DNA of 64,000 nucleotides from Coraliomargarita sp. (GTDB lineage Bacteria; Verrucomicrobiota; Verrucomicrobiia; Opitutales; Coraliomargaritaceae): positions 928,001-992,000 of the forward strand of contig OZ244160.1 of the NCBI GenBank assembly GCA_965216325.1, in the 5' to 3' direction. A program made the position numbers and the translations under genes. The notes under the pieces are model-generated. The model made no database searches. It saw only the letters and a list, made by a program, of their open reading frames with translations, and was not told the origin of the DNA. Of the stretch, positions 1-10,323 are shown in pieces. Each line of letters begins with the position of its first letter. The stretch's first letter is position 1.

Positions 1-1
1 A

Positions 2-547
2 GGCTCTGGTGGTTCCGGTAAGTCTGGCGGCAGCGGTGACTCAGGTTCTGGTGGTTCCGGTAAGTCCGGTGGCTCTGGTGACTCAGGTTCTGGTGGTTCT
101 GGCAAGTCCGGTGGTAGCGGTGACTCCGGTTCCGGTGGTTCTGGCAAGTCCGGTGGCAGCGGTGACTCCGGCTCCGGTGGTTCTGGCAAGTCCGGTGGCA
201 GCGGTGACTCCGGCTCCGGTGGTTCTGGCAAGTCTGGTGGCAGCGGTGACTCCGGTTCCGGTGGTTCTGGCAAGTCCGGTGGCAGCGGTGACTCCGGCTC
301 CGGTGGTTCTGGCAAGTCCGGTGGCAGCGGTGACTCCGGCTCCGGTGGTTCTGGCAAGTCCGGTGGCAGCGGTGACTCTGGTTCCGGTGGTTCTGGCAAG
401 TCTGGTGGCAGCGGCGGTTCGAGTTCGCAAGGGGACAACGGCTGGGGTAATGGAGATGACGCCGCACCAGGTGGCAGTGGCGATAAGAATAACGCTGAGA
501 ACAGTGACCGAGTGCACCACATTCATGGTGCTGGTAACCCAAACTAG
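2..547 (+). CDS. Gly/Ser-rich repeat protein, 5' part outside window
   Basis: Frame starting at nt 2 reads (GSGGSGKSGGSGDS)n, then SSSQGDNGWGNGDDAAPGGSGDKNNAENSDRVHHIHGAGNPN, with TAG at 545-547. Absent from the ORF track because it has no start in the window. Confidence 0.8.
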   Translation, partial: GSGGSGKSGGSGDSGSGGSGKSGGSGDSGSGGSGKSGGSGDSGSGGSGKSGGSGDSGSGGSGKSGGSGDSGSGGSGKSGGSGDSGSGGSGKSGGSGDSGSGGSGKSGGSGDSGSGGSGKSGGSGDSGSGGSGKSGGSGGSSSQGDNGWGNGDDAAPGGSGDKNNAENSDRVHHIHGAGNPN

Positions 548-586
548 TTTAACGCTGACCAATTGATTCTTTGTTAAGGAGGCTCC

Positions 587-1591
587 ATGAAATATTTTAA
601 ATTACTGAATGTCGTCACTGCTCTGATTCTTGGGGGAGTTTTGATCGCAACGCCGACACACTTACACGCAAAGGACGGAGACTCCGGTTCTGGTGGTTCC
701 GGTAAGTCCGGTTGCAGCGGTGACTCCGGTTCTGGCGGCTCCGGTAAGTCGGGTGGCAGCGGAGACTCCGGCTCTGGTGGCTCCGGTAAGTCTGGCGGTA
801 GCGGAGATTCCGGTTCTGGCGGCTCTGGTAAGTCTGGTGGCAGCGGTGGCTCTGGTGGCTCCGGTAAGTCTGGCGGTAGCGGAGATTCCGGTTCTGGTGG
901 CTCCGGTAAGTCCGGTGGCAGCGGAGATTCCGGTTCTGGTGGCTCCGGTAAGTCTGGCGGTAGCGGAGATTCCGGTTCTGGTGGCTCTGGTAAGTCCGGT
1001 GGCAGCGGTGGCTCTGGTGGCTCCGGTAAGTCTGGCGGTAGCGGTGACTCCGGTTCTGGCGGCTCTGGTAAGTCCGGTGGCAGCGGTGGCTCTGGTGGCT
1101 CCGGTAAGTCTGGCGGTAGCGGTGACTCAGGTTCTGGCGGCTCTGGTAAGTCCGGTGGTAGCGGTGGCTCTGGTGGCTCCGGTAAGTCGGGTGATTCGGG
1201 GTCCGGTGGCTCTGGTAAGTCTGGTGGCAGCGGTGGTTCTGGCGGCTCCGGCAAGTCGGGTGATTCGGGGTCCGGTGGCTCTGGTAAGTCTGGTGGCAGC
1301 GGTGGCTCCGGTAAGTCCGGTGGCAGCGGTGGTTCTGGTAAGTCTGGTGGCTCTGGTGGCAGTGGCGGATCCGGTGGCTCAGGAGCAATACCTTCAGATG
1401 ATTTTGAAATCCATGGTGCTGTAGTCGCATGGCAGATCGAAGGCCGATCCGAGTTTGACTTCTATTTCGATGAACAGCTCAAGGATAATGGTGGTGAAAA
1501 CCCAACCTTCCGAGTCCATGAGTGGACTGAGTTGATCGATGCTGAAGATAAATATGACTTCGACAGTTTGAACGAAGAACAAGCGCAGTAA
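587..1591 (+). CDS. Secreted Gly/Ser-rich repeat protein with short globular C-terminal tail
   Basis: AAGGAGG RBS; signal peptide MKYF...THLHA; ~235 aa of GSGGSGKSGGSGDS-type repeats; ~65-aa acidic/aromatic tail. Confidence 0.85.
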   Translation: MKYFKLLNVVTALILGGVLIATPTHLHAKDGDSGSGGSGKSGCSGDSGSGGSGKSGGSGDSGSGGSGKSGGSGDSGSGGSGKSGGSGGSGGSGKSGGSGDSGSGGSGKSGGSGDSGSGGSGKSGGSGDSGSGGSGKSGGSGGSGGSGKSGGSGDSGSGGSGKSGGSGGSGGSGKSGGSGDSGSGGSGKSGGSGGSGGSGKSGDSGSGGSGKSGGSGGSGGSGKSGDSGSGGSGKSGGSGGSGKSGGSGGSGKSGGSGGSGGSGGSGAIPSDDFEIHGAVVAWQIEGRSEFDFYFDEQLKDNGGENPTFRVHEWTELIDAEDKYDFDSLNEEQAQ

Positions 1592-1598
1592 TTTTTGC

Positions 1599-1631
1599 AA
1601 AACCTCCGAACCCGCTTTTCGGAGGTTTTTT
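1599..1631 (+). terminator. Rho-independent terminator
   Basis: AAAACCTCCGAA-cccgctt-TTCGGAGGTTTTTT just after the stop codon. Confidence 0.85.
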
Positions 1632-1693
1632 GTGCCTATCACGCAGCAGTTAATCGATTGCTACAGATGCTCTATTCTTTTGTTTTATGATTG

Positions 1694-1731
1694 AACCGTT
1701 AATTAACGTAAATTTACGTCGATTAACGGTT
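1694..1731. promoter_or_regulatory. 38-bp near-perfect palindrome, putative operator
   Basis: AACCGTTAATtaACGTAAATTTACGTcgATTAACGGTT, ending 26 bp before the ATG at 1758. Confidence 0.55.
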
Positions 1732-1757
1732 TCTATATAATCCAACGAACCTCCTAC

Positions 1758-2537
1758 ATGGACAAACAGACAGCTACCTTTGACTGGAGTGCGAAGCGCA
1801 CCATCAACTGGATCTTCTTTATCATGCTTGGCATGGAGATCCTAATCGTCCTCTTGGACGGTGTGATTACCTACGCGCGCACGATTCAGCACGATTCGAT
1901 TCGAGGCATGTTTAATATCACGCGCGAAGATAGCTTGGGCACCTGGTTCTCATGCCTGCAGGCTTTTCTAGCAGGGATGGCGTTTCTTTTGGTTGCACGC
2001 TCTCAGTCCTTAATCGGCAATCCTAAGTGGAAGATTATTGGTTGGGCGCTGATTGGCTGCTTTTTTCTCTATGTATCCGTCGATGATGGTATTAAATTCC
2101 ACGAGCGAATTGGCACGTTTATGGGGGATCTCTCGGAAGAGAAGGTTGACGATGGCCATACAGATACGATCTACGAACGTATTACGCATTTCCCTTCCTA
2201 CTATTGGCACATCTTCTTCATGCCAATTTTCATCTCGTTTGGTCTGTTTATGTTTACCTTTTTGATGCGTGAATTGAAGACATGGCAGTTGCGCATTATG
2301 CTGGTTACGGCCCTTAGCTTTTTTGTGATTTCGCAGGGGCTCGATTATCTTGAGAATATTGATGAAGTGCATGAATGGGTGCAAGAGACCTTCTTTCTTC
2401 GAGAATACACGGTCATGCACTTCTCTAAATCGATTGAAGAGTTCATGGAAATGTTTGGCACCACGCTCTTCCTGATGATCGCGCTACGCTACTTGTTAGA
2501 TCACTTCAACGAGCTACGCTTTAAGTTTCAGGATTAG
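1758..2537 (+). CDS. Multi-pass membrane protein of unknown function
   Basis: About 6 hydrophobic segments; DDxxxxHE and EExxExxG motifs. Confidence 0.8.
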   Translation: MDKQTATFDWSAKRTINWIFFIMLGMEILIVLLDGVITYARTIQHDSIRGMFNITREDSLGTWFSCLQAFLAGMAFLLVARSQSLIGNPKWKIIGWALIGCFFLYVSVDDGIKFHERIGTFMGDLSEEKVDDGHTDTIYERITHFPSYYWHIFFMPIFISFGLFMFTFLMRELKTWQLRIMLVTALSFFVISQGLDYLENIDEVHEWVQETFFLREYTVMHFSKSIEEFMEMFGTTLFLMIALRYLLDHFNELRFKFQD

Positions 2538-2540
2538 TTC

Positions 2541-4625
2541 TTAGTCCAGTAGCTCTAACAGATTGGCAAAGTCGTCAGTCCAGACCATTTGACGCTCTGC
2601 AATGTCGTCTGGCCATTCATCGATGTAGGCGAGCACTCTTGGATGTGAGAGAAACTCGGTATTATTGGAGAGCAGTATCCAGCGGGAACGTTTAATGAGT
2701 AAGGAAGGATCGCGCTCCCTGAAAACCACAAGTGGCTCCATTTCAAGTGCTCTAGCGGTGCCATAGAGCAAGGGTTGGAGATCGAAGAATTTATTCGAGA
2801 TGTGTATGGCTAGGATTCCATCGGGTTTAAGGTGCTGACGATAGAGTTCGAATGCCTCCATGGTTAACAGGTGGATTGGAATCGCGTCGCCGCTAAAGGC
2901 ATCCATTGCCAGAATATCGAACTGTTGTGAGCCACTTTTGTGCAGCTCACGTTCGAGTGAAATACGTGCATCTCCGATCACCACTTCAGTGTGATTACCT
3001 CGGCGGTCAAGATAAGTGAAGTGGTCGCGAGCGAGCGTTTCGACATCGGGATCGATCTCGTAATAGCGATAGCGGTCGTATTCGCCCTGATAAGCGCTCA
3101 ACGAGCCAGTTCCCAGTCCGATGATGCCGATATGAAACCCTTCGGTGCTCCCATCCCGTTGTGCTGTTCGAATAGGATGTCGGCGGATTGCGAGTCCAAC
3201 ACCGCTGTGGGCTGCGTAATAACAGTTTGGGAAAAACTCACGTTTGGGATCTTTTGCCTGCAGGCCATGATTAATGCCACCGTGATATAGTTTTATGTGA
3301 GGTGGTCGTCGATCATTTGAGCCACTTTCAAGCACGCGCATGACGCCATAGAAATTGCGAGTCGTCGCGAGCACGCCTTCGTGAAAGCGTGCTTGGTAGG
3401 AATTCATGAATAGCCCGAGGACAAGTAAGACGGCAACTAGAGCAGAGGTGAGTGGTATTCGGAAGATCTCTAGGCGCTTATCTTTGAAGAGGACAAGCCA
3501 GGCTGCGACAGTTAATGTGAGGATGAAGATGAGTGGGAACTCCCAGTAATCGCTGAAGACCTGAGGTGCGATAAAGGTGACAAAAAGACCGCCGAGCGCA
3601 CCTCCGAAGGAGATCGTCAGATAGAATAGCGTCAGATGCTGACTTGGTGGCTTTAAACGAACTAGTTCACCATGGCAGACCATACAGGCGATAAACATGC
3701 CTCCGATATAGACTGCGATTTGTGTGCTGATCCCTGCAATATCCAGATCGTAGTGTCTGTTTAGAAAGAGAAAGATTACTGGCACGATCAGTAGAAATGC
3801 CGAGAGCCAGATGCGACGTTTATACCAATGCGAGTTGTCGAAGCAGATAATGAAACTGATCAGATATAAACTTAGGGGAAGCACCCAAAGGAAGGGGATG
3901 ACTGCTACGTTCTGGCATACGAAGTTGGTTGCCGAAAGAAGGAGAACCGAACCACTTGCGGAGAGTAGTAGCCACAGGCATAGGCTGCCTAAGGTATAGC
4001 CTCGGTCCTTTGTTGCCTGCTGTGTTGGGGCAGCGTATTTCGTCGGTTTGGCATGTCTAGATACCAGCACCGCACTGGCGGTGCAAATCAGCACGAAGCA
4101 GGCGTATCCGGCTGACCAAAAGACCGTCTGCGTGCCGACCCCCATGTTGGGCTCAACGATAAAGGGATAAGTGATGAGACCGAGTAAAGAGCCCACGTTA
4201 GACAGCGAGTAGAGTCGGTAGGGGGAACGGTCAGGATAGGAGCGACTAAACCAATGCTGCAAGAGGGGCCCTGTTGATGAGATGATCATATACGGGATGC
4301 CGACGGTCGATAGCAGCAGTAAGATGAGCCCGAGTTCGGGTGAGCTGGCATCGGTAGGCTTTAGGTGCTCGCCGGGAGTGATTGGCAACAGGAACAGCGA
4401 TACTAGCAGTAGTGGAATATGCGCCCAGGCCTGGCGCTTTGTGCTGAGTGTATTACTCAACAGGTGTGCATAGGCGTAGCCCAGCAAGAGTCCGACTTGG
4501 AAAAAGAGCATGCAAGTGCTCCAAACGGCAGGGCTGCCGCCATACCAAGGGAGAATGTATCGGGCGATGAGCGGTTGCACCTGAAACAACAGGAATGCGC
4601 TCACGAAGATCGTTATGGCATACAT
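2541..4625 (-). CDS. Membrane protein fused to a spermidine synthase-like SAM-binding domain
   Basis: N-terminal TM region (FLLFQVQPLIAR...PWYGG) followed by IGLGTG, YEIDP, GDAR and DAFSGDAIPIHLLT motifs. Confidence 0.85.
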   Translation of the reverse strand: MYAITIFVSAFLLFQVQPLIARYILPWYGGSPAVWSTCMLFFQVGLLLGYAYAHLLSNTLSTKRQAWAHIPLLLVSLFLLPITPGEHLKPTDASSPELGLILLLLSTVGIPYMIISSTGPLLQHWFSRSYPDRSPYRLYSLSNVGSLLGLITYPFIVEPNMGVGTQTVFWSAGYACFVLICTASAVLVSRHAKPTKYAAPTQQATKDRGYTLGSLCLWLLLSASGSVLLLSATNFVCQNVAVIPFLWVLPLSLYLISFIICFDNSHWYKRRIWLSAFLLIVPVIFLFLNRHYDLDIAGISTQIAVYIGGMFIACMVCHGELVRLKPPSQHLTLFYLTISFGGALGGLFVTFIAPQVFSDYWEFPLIFILTLTVAAWLVLFKDKRLEIFRIPLTSALVAVLLVLGLFMNSYQARFHEGVLATTRNFYGVMRVLESGSNDRRPPHIKLYHGGINHGLQAKDPKREFFPNCYYAAHSGVGLAIRRHPIRTAQRDGSTEGFHIGIIGLGTGSLSAYQGEYDRYRYYEIDPDVETLARDHFTYLDRRGNHTEVVIGDARISLERELHKSGSQQFDILAMDAFSGDAIPIHLLTMEAFELYRQHLKPDGILAIHISNKFFDLQPLLYGTARALEMEPLVVFRERDPSLLIKRSRWILLSNNTEFLSHPRVLAYIDEWPDDIAERQMVWTDDFANLLELLD

Positions 4626-4808
4626 TAGGCAATGTAGGTTGGGTGAGTGTTAGTAACGCTTTAGAGGCTTGCTTTATAATGCAATTATTAGCGATTAACT
4701 TGTGTAACCGGAGTTATATTTATGTAAATCACGTATATTGATTGGGAGGATGCCCTTAGGTTCTTGACTGCGGTAGATCACTTAGGATTATACGAATTAA
4801 TCCCTAGT

Positions 4809-5657
4809 ATGCGCTACTTCATATTGAATTTGTTAGTATTAACAATCCTGAGCTCGGCAAATGCCGTCATTTGCCTGACCGTTGTTAATATTGAGGACAA
4901 TATTGCTTGGCCGACGACACCGGCACTCCCGGCGTTTGTCGTGGACGATGGTGATATTGGCACGCCTGGGAGTGGTATCCCGGACAATGGTAATTTCTAT
5001 GACGCACGCGCGCTTCGCATCGAGACGGACGAGCCCTTTCAGGTGCAATCTGTCAAAATGATCCTCGATACCACTGGTAGTTTTGATGATAGCTTGGCAA
5101 TTGATTTCGATCCCTTACTCAACAACGGGGTCGATTTCGTCAGCACTCAGGACGATGCTTTTGCCACTTCCGGCATTGGACGTCTCTCGGATGGGGCGCC
5201 GAATGCGTATACGCCATGGATTGCGAGTAGCGCGTTTCAATTGGAAGCGACGATTACTACGACTGGCACGACGCTCCGAGCCTTTTGGAATGGTGTCGAA
5301 ATCAATGTCGGAACGGGAGACCAATACTTTAACGAGGGCAATCCGTTGTTTCCCGGTGATCCAGGTTTTAACAATGCAAGTAGTTTTACCTTGGAGGACT
5401 GGGGATTTGCGGCCAATGGATCCGTGGATGCGGGGGTGTTTACAACGAATGCGATTCGACTGGGTAGTCTGAACACAGACCAAATTGGTGGTCATGATCT
5501 GACTTTCACGTTTTCGGAAGTGGAGATCACCGATGCCGATAACAACGTTTATGTATTTAACGATGTTCCTGCAATTCCTGAGCCTCGGAGCTATGTGCTC
5601 TTCACTGGCTTGTTGGCAATGGCTACAGTGCTGATTCAACGAGTTCGATCCGAGTAG
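4809..5657 (+). CDS. PEP-CTERM sorting-domain surface protein
   Basis: Signal peptide MRYFILNLL...ANA; C-terminal IPEPRSY, TM helix and basic tail. Confidence 0.85.
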   Translation: MRYFILNLLVLTILSSANAVICLTVVNIEDNIAWPTTPALPAFVVDDGDIGTPGSGIPDNGNFYDARALRIETDEPFQVQSVKMILDTTGSFDDSLAIDFDPLLNNGVDFVSTQDDAFATSGIGRLSDGAPNAYTPWIASSAFQLEATITTTGTTLRAFWNGVEINVGTGDQYFNEGNPLFPGDPGFNNASSFTLEDWGFAANGSVDAGVFTTNAIRLGSLNTDQIGGHDLTFTFSEVEITDADNNVYVFNDVPAIPEPRSYVLFTGLLAMATVLIQRVRSE

Positions 5658-5676
5658 ACTCTTCCTACCTGGCCCC

Positions 5677-5710
5677 AAAAAGCCCGCAGCGATTATCGCT
5701 GCGGGCTTTT
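5677..5710. terminator. Bidirectional terminator
   Basis: AAAAAGCCCGCAGCGAT-t-ATCGCTGCGGGCTTTT between convergent genes. Confidence 0.85.
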
Positions 5711-5731
5711 GTTTGAAGGATATAGAGACGC

Positions 5732-7603
<1,872 letters not shown>

Positions 7604-7690
7604 AGTTTGCTAGTTGTTTACTTAAAGATATTTGGAAAAAGTGGCGGATAGTAGAACGTGATTTGAAAAAATCAAGAGTCGGTCTGCATC

Positions 7691-7754
7691 GTAGAAGCGG
7701 CATCTTGCCGCTTCGTTTTAGGCTTGGTCGAAAGCGGCTAGAAGCCGCTTCTAC
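7691..7754. repeat. GTAG-type REP doublet (REPIN-like)
   Basis: GTAGAAGCGGCatcttGCCGCTTC...AAGCGGCtagaaGCCGCTTCTAC; two inverted palindromes; its CTA end supplies the batE stop codon. Confidence 0.7.
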
Positions 7755-8578
7755 TTTAGTAGTTTGCGGAAGGCGTCTTCCTGAATCCAGCCAGTTGCGC
7801 CGCCTTCGGTTTCGATTTTGACGAATTCGCCGTGTTGGTCGAGTTGCTGTGCGCGCTCGGCTGGGCGCACGGTGCCACTAATCGGAGCAACGCTGGCGGG
7901 TGCCGCGTGAAGGTCCTGAGTCTCGTTGATGACGAGAATGCCCGTTTGCTGAATGGGGGCCGTGAGGATGCTACCAGCGAGGGCGGCGGCGATCACGACC
8001 AGACTGATGGTCCGAAGAAACTTAATTCCCAGTCCGGGCGTGCGACCGCTCATCTTTGGGAGAAAAATACTTGCGAGTGCAAACCAGATACTGGCGGCTC
8101 CGAGGAGCACCCATTGTTGCAGCGTGAGTGATTGGGCTGTTAGTTTGAACCAATTTGCCGAGCTGGCAAAGAGTCCCAGCTCTTGGCGTAGCGCATCGAG
8201 CTTGTAGCGATACTCTCTATTGTGCGGTTCCAGGACGAGTGCACGCTCAATTTGCCACGCGGCTTCGGCAGGCTGCTCAAGTTGGTAGTAACTGAGTGCA
8301 AGGTTGTGACGCACGGCCGCGGTCTCTGATTCGTTGAGTGCAGCTTCAAACTTCGATACTGCCGAGGTATAGTTTTCTGCTGAGTACGCCTCGAGACCAT
8401 CGTTGAAGCTGTCTGCGGTCCCAGCTGTAGTAAATACGAGCATGAATAGAGTTAGTATCGTAATCGTTGCTCTGGCGGGATGCCGTCCTCGGCGTCCTTC
8501 CGAATTAGACCCGCGGACAGCGGGGACGCTGTCCCTCCAAACTCTGGGAATATATACGGTTTTTGCTGAGAGTCTCAT
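7751..8578 (-). CDS. batE: BatE-like TPR + TM + SH3b protein
   Basis: TPR (HNLALSYYQL...RALVLEP), two TM segments, C-terminal SH3-like GATGWI; last gene of the bat operon. Confidence 0.75.
   Translation of the reverse strand: MRLSAKTVYIPRVWRDSVPAVRGSNSEGRRGRHPARATITILTLFMLVFTTAGTADSFNDGLEAYSAENYTSAVSKFEAALNESETAAVRHNLALSYYQLEQPAEAAWQIERALVLEPHNREYRYKLDALRQELGLFASSANWFKLTAQSLTLQQWVLLGAASIWFALASIFLPKMSGRTPGLGIKFLRTISLVVIAAALAGSILTAPIQQTGILVINETQDLHAAPASVAPISGTVRPAERAQQLDQHGEFVKIETEGGATGWIQEDAFRKLLK
8473..8539. repeat. Palindromic REP-like doublet inside the 5' end of batE
   Basis: TGGcGGGAtGCCGTCCTCGGCGTCC...GGACAGCGGGGACGCTGTCCCTCCA; inverted pair, each arm self-complementary. Confidence 0.65.
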
Positions 8579-10311
8579 AGTGCTTTGAGAAGAGGTTCGA
8601 GTTGTGCTTGCTGTTCTTTCCAGTCGTCATTGCTGCTTTTGTCCGAGAAGCGAAGGGCATCCGCGCAGGTGAAGATCGTTGCAATTGTTTGCTTGTTCGA
8701 GTCACTTGCGACGTAGTCTAGTAGCTGGTTTTGTTCTGCGTTGCGCAGATTACGCTTTGCTCTTTTTGAGAGAACAAGACGGATGGCCATTTGTGCGTGC
8801 AGATAAAACTCTTCACAATCGGCAGCACTCGCCGCACTACGGCGGGCAGTCTTTAGTTCCTTTGTGCAAGCCTGCTGCATGGCATAGTCGGGGTCCTCCC
8901 TTAAGCGTCTGTTGATGCAAGCACGGTAGCTAAGGCTAGCGAGTGTAATGAATCCTGCCAGGTTGATCAGCACGAAGGATATGCTGGCAAACGGATTGGC
9001 AGCATCCACCCGGCGAGCCGACGTTGAGCGATAATCGAGGGTGAGTAGGGCTTCTTCGGGAGTGAGTGCTCGGCTGAGGTTCTGCTCTAATTCCTGGTCG
9101 GATTGTTCTGCTTGGGATTCTTGCAAAATCGGTGTTGTCGCGTGCTGGCGGCCTTGCTCAACGCTAACTTCCAGGGATGGGCTGGTATATTCGATGTATT
9201 CAGACTTCTCTGGATCGAAGAAGGAAAATGTCACTTCCGGTGTTTTTAGCGTGCCCGTCCGTTTGGGGATCATGACGTAGTCGAAGCGTTTGGCTTGATT
9301 GTCTCCTTCGCCTTCGATCTGTGACTCGGGGGCATAGACTTTCCAGTCGTTGTTGTCGGGCAGTGCTGGCCCCTGAATGCGTTCGAAGTTTCCCTTACCG
9401 GTGAGTTTGAGCGAAAGCATGATGGGTTCGCCGGTTTTGGTGTTGTCGAGATCCGTGCTGACTTGCATTTGGAAGTCGCCGATGGCGCCTGAAAAGCTTG
9501 TTGGTTGGCCCTCGGTAGGAAGCGGAAGCACGTTGATAAAGACGGGGTCGGCTTTAATGGGGTAGCGCTGTTGGGTTAAGATGCGAACTTGAGATAGGAT
9601 TGCGGTCGCGCTGAGTTGCTGCTCGGGGCCTTGTTGAATGGCTGTGACTGTCATTGGCCAGCGTAGTAGTTGGTAACGGCGTCCATTTACTGTCGTTGTG
9701 CTGCGCGTAGGCGTGGCTTCTGTCTCGTTAATGCTGAAGCCATCTCCCTCTAGTTGTGCGCTCTCGTATTCAACTCGAGAGACACGTTCGTGCAGATAGA
9801 GGTTCGCATAAATGTCGATACTTTGACCAATGAACATTTCTTTTGGGGCATCAATACTGAGGAAAACCTGTTCGTCCGCTGTAGGTTCATTGCGTCGTTC
9901 GACGACGGTTAGGGATGCACTGGGGATCGTATACTCGTTGCCTTTGTATTCGATGTGATAGGCTGGTACGGAGAATTCTCCTAAGCCATTGGCAACCACT
10001 TCGACCTGCAGATCTATTGAAGTTTGGTAGAACCAGCGTCCGTTCACGCCGCTTTGTCTTTGTGATTGGTTGCCCCAACCGCCGCGGCGAAATTCTAGAC
10101 CGCCGATATTCGGTCCAATTGGAAGCGTTTCAAACCGTTCGATTTCAGGCGGTTGCTCGCTACTGGTTTCTGTTAGGGTAATCACGTAATAGGTTTGTTG
10201 CCCTTTGGCGATGACCTCCGGTGTGAAACGAGTGCTGAATGACACCTCCGCATGAAGGAGCTGTGCAAGGAGGCTAAGTAGAAAAAACGCAATTATTCGA
10301 AACTGAATCAT
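8575..10311 (-). CDS. batD: BatD family protein
   Basis: Signal peptide; VLPLP..G.P.SFSGAIGDF and FSFFDP motifs; operon position. Confidence 0.85.
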   Translation of the reverse strand: MIQFRIIAFFLLSLLAQLLHAEVSFSTRFTPEVIAKGQQTYYVITLTETSSEQPPEIERFETLPIGPNIGGLEFRRGGWGNQSQRQSGVNGRWFYQTSIDLQVEVVANGLGEFSVPAYHIEYKGNEYTIPSASLTVVERRNEPTADEQVFLSIDAPKEMFIGQSIDIYANLYLHERVSRVEYESAQLEGDGFSINETEATPTRSTTTVNGRRYQLLRWPMTVTAIQQGPEQQLSATAILSQVRILTQQRYPIKADPVFINVLPLPTEGQPTSFSGAIGDFQMQVSTDLDNTKTGEPIMLSLKLTGKGNFERIQGPALPDNNDWKVYAPESQIEGEGDNQAKRFDYVMIPKRTGTLKTPEVTFSFFDPEKSEYIEYTSPSLEVSVEQGRQHATTPILQESQAEQSDQELEQNLSRALTPEEALLTLDYRSTSARRVDAANPFASISFVLINLAGFITLASLSYRACINRRLREDPDYAMQQACTKELKTARRSAASAADCEEFYLHAQMAIRLVLSKRAKRNLRNAEQNQLLDYVASDSNKQTIATIFTCADALRFSDKSSNDDWKEQQAQLEPLLKAL

Positions 10312-10323
10312 AGCTAAAATCGT

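Noticed and set aside
9..1430. Val/Ala/Pro-, Thr/Ala-, Pro/Glu- and His/Arg-rich ORFs
   Set aside because: Alternative-frame shadows of the Gly/Ser repeat; only the Gly/Ser frame has an RBS, signal peptide and third-position variation.
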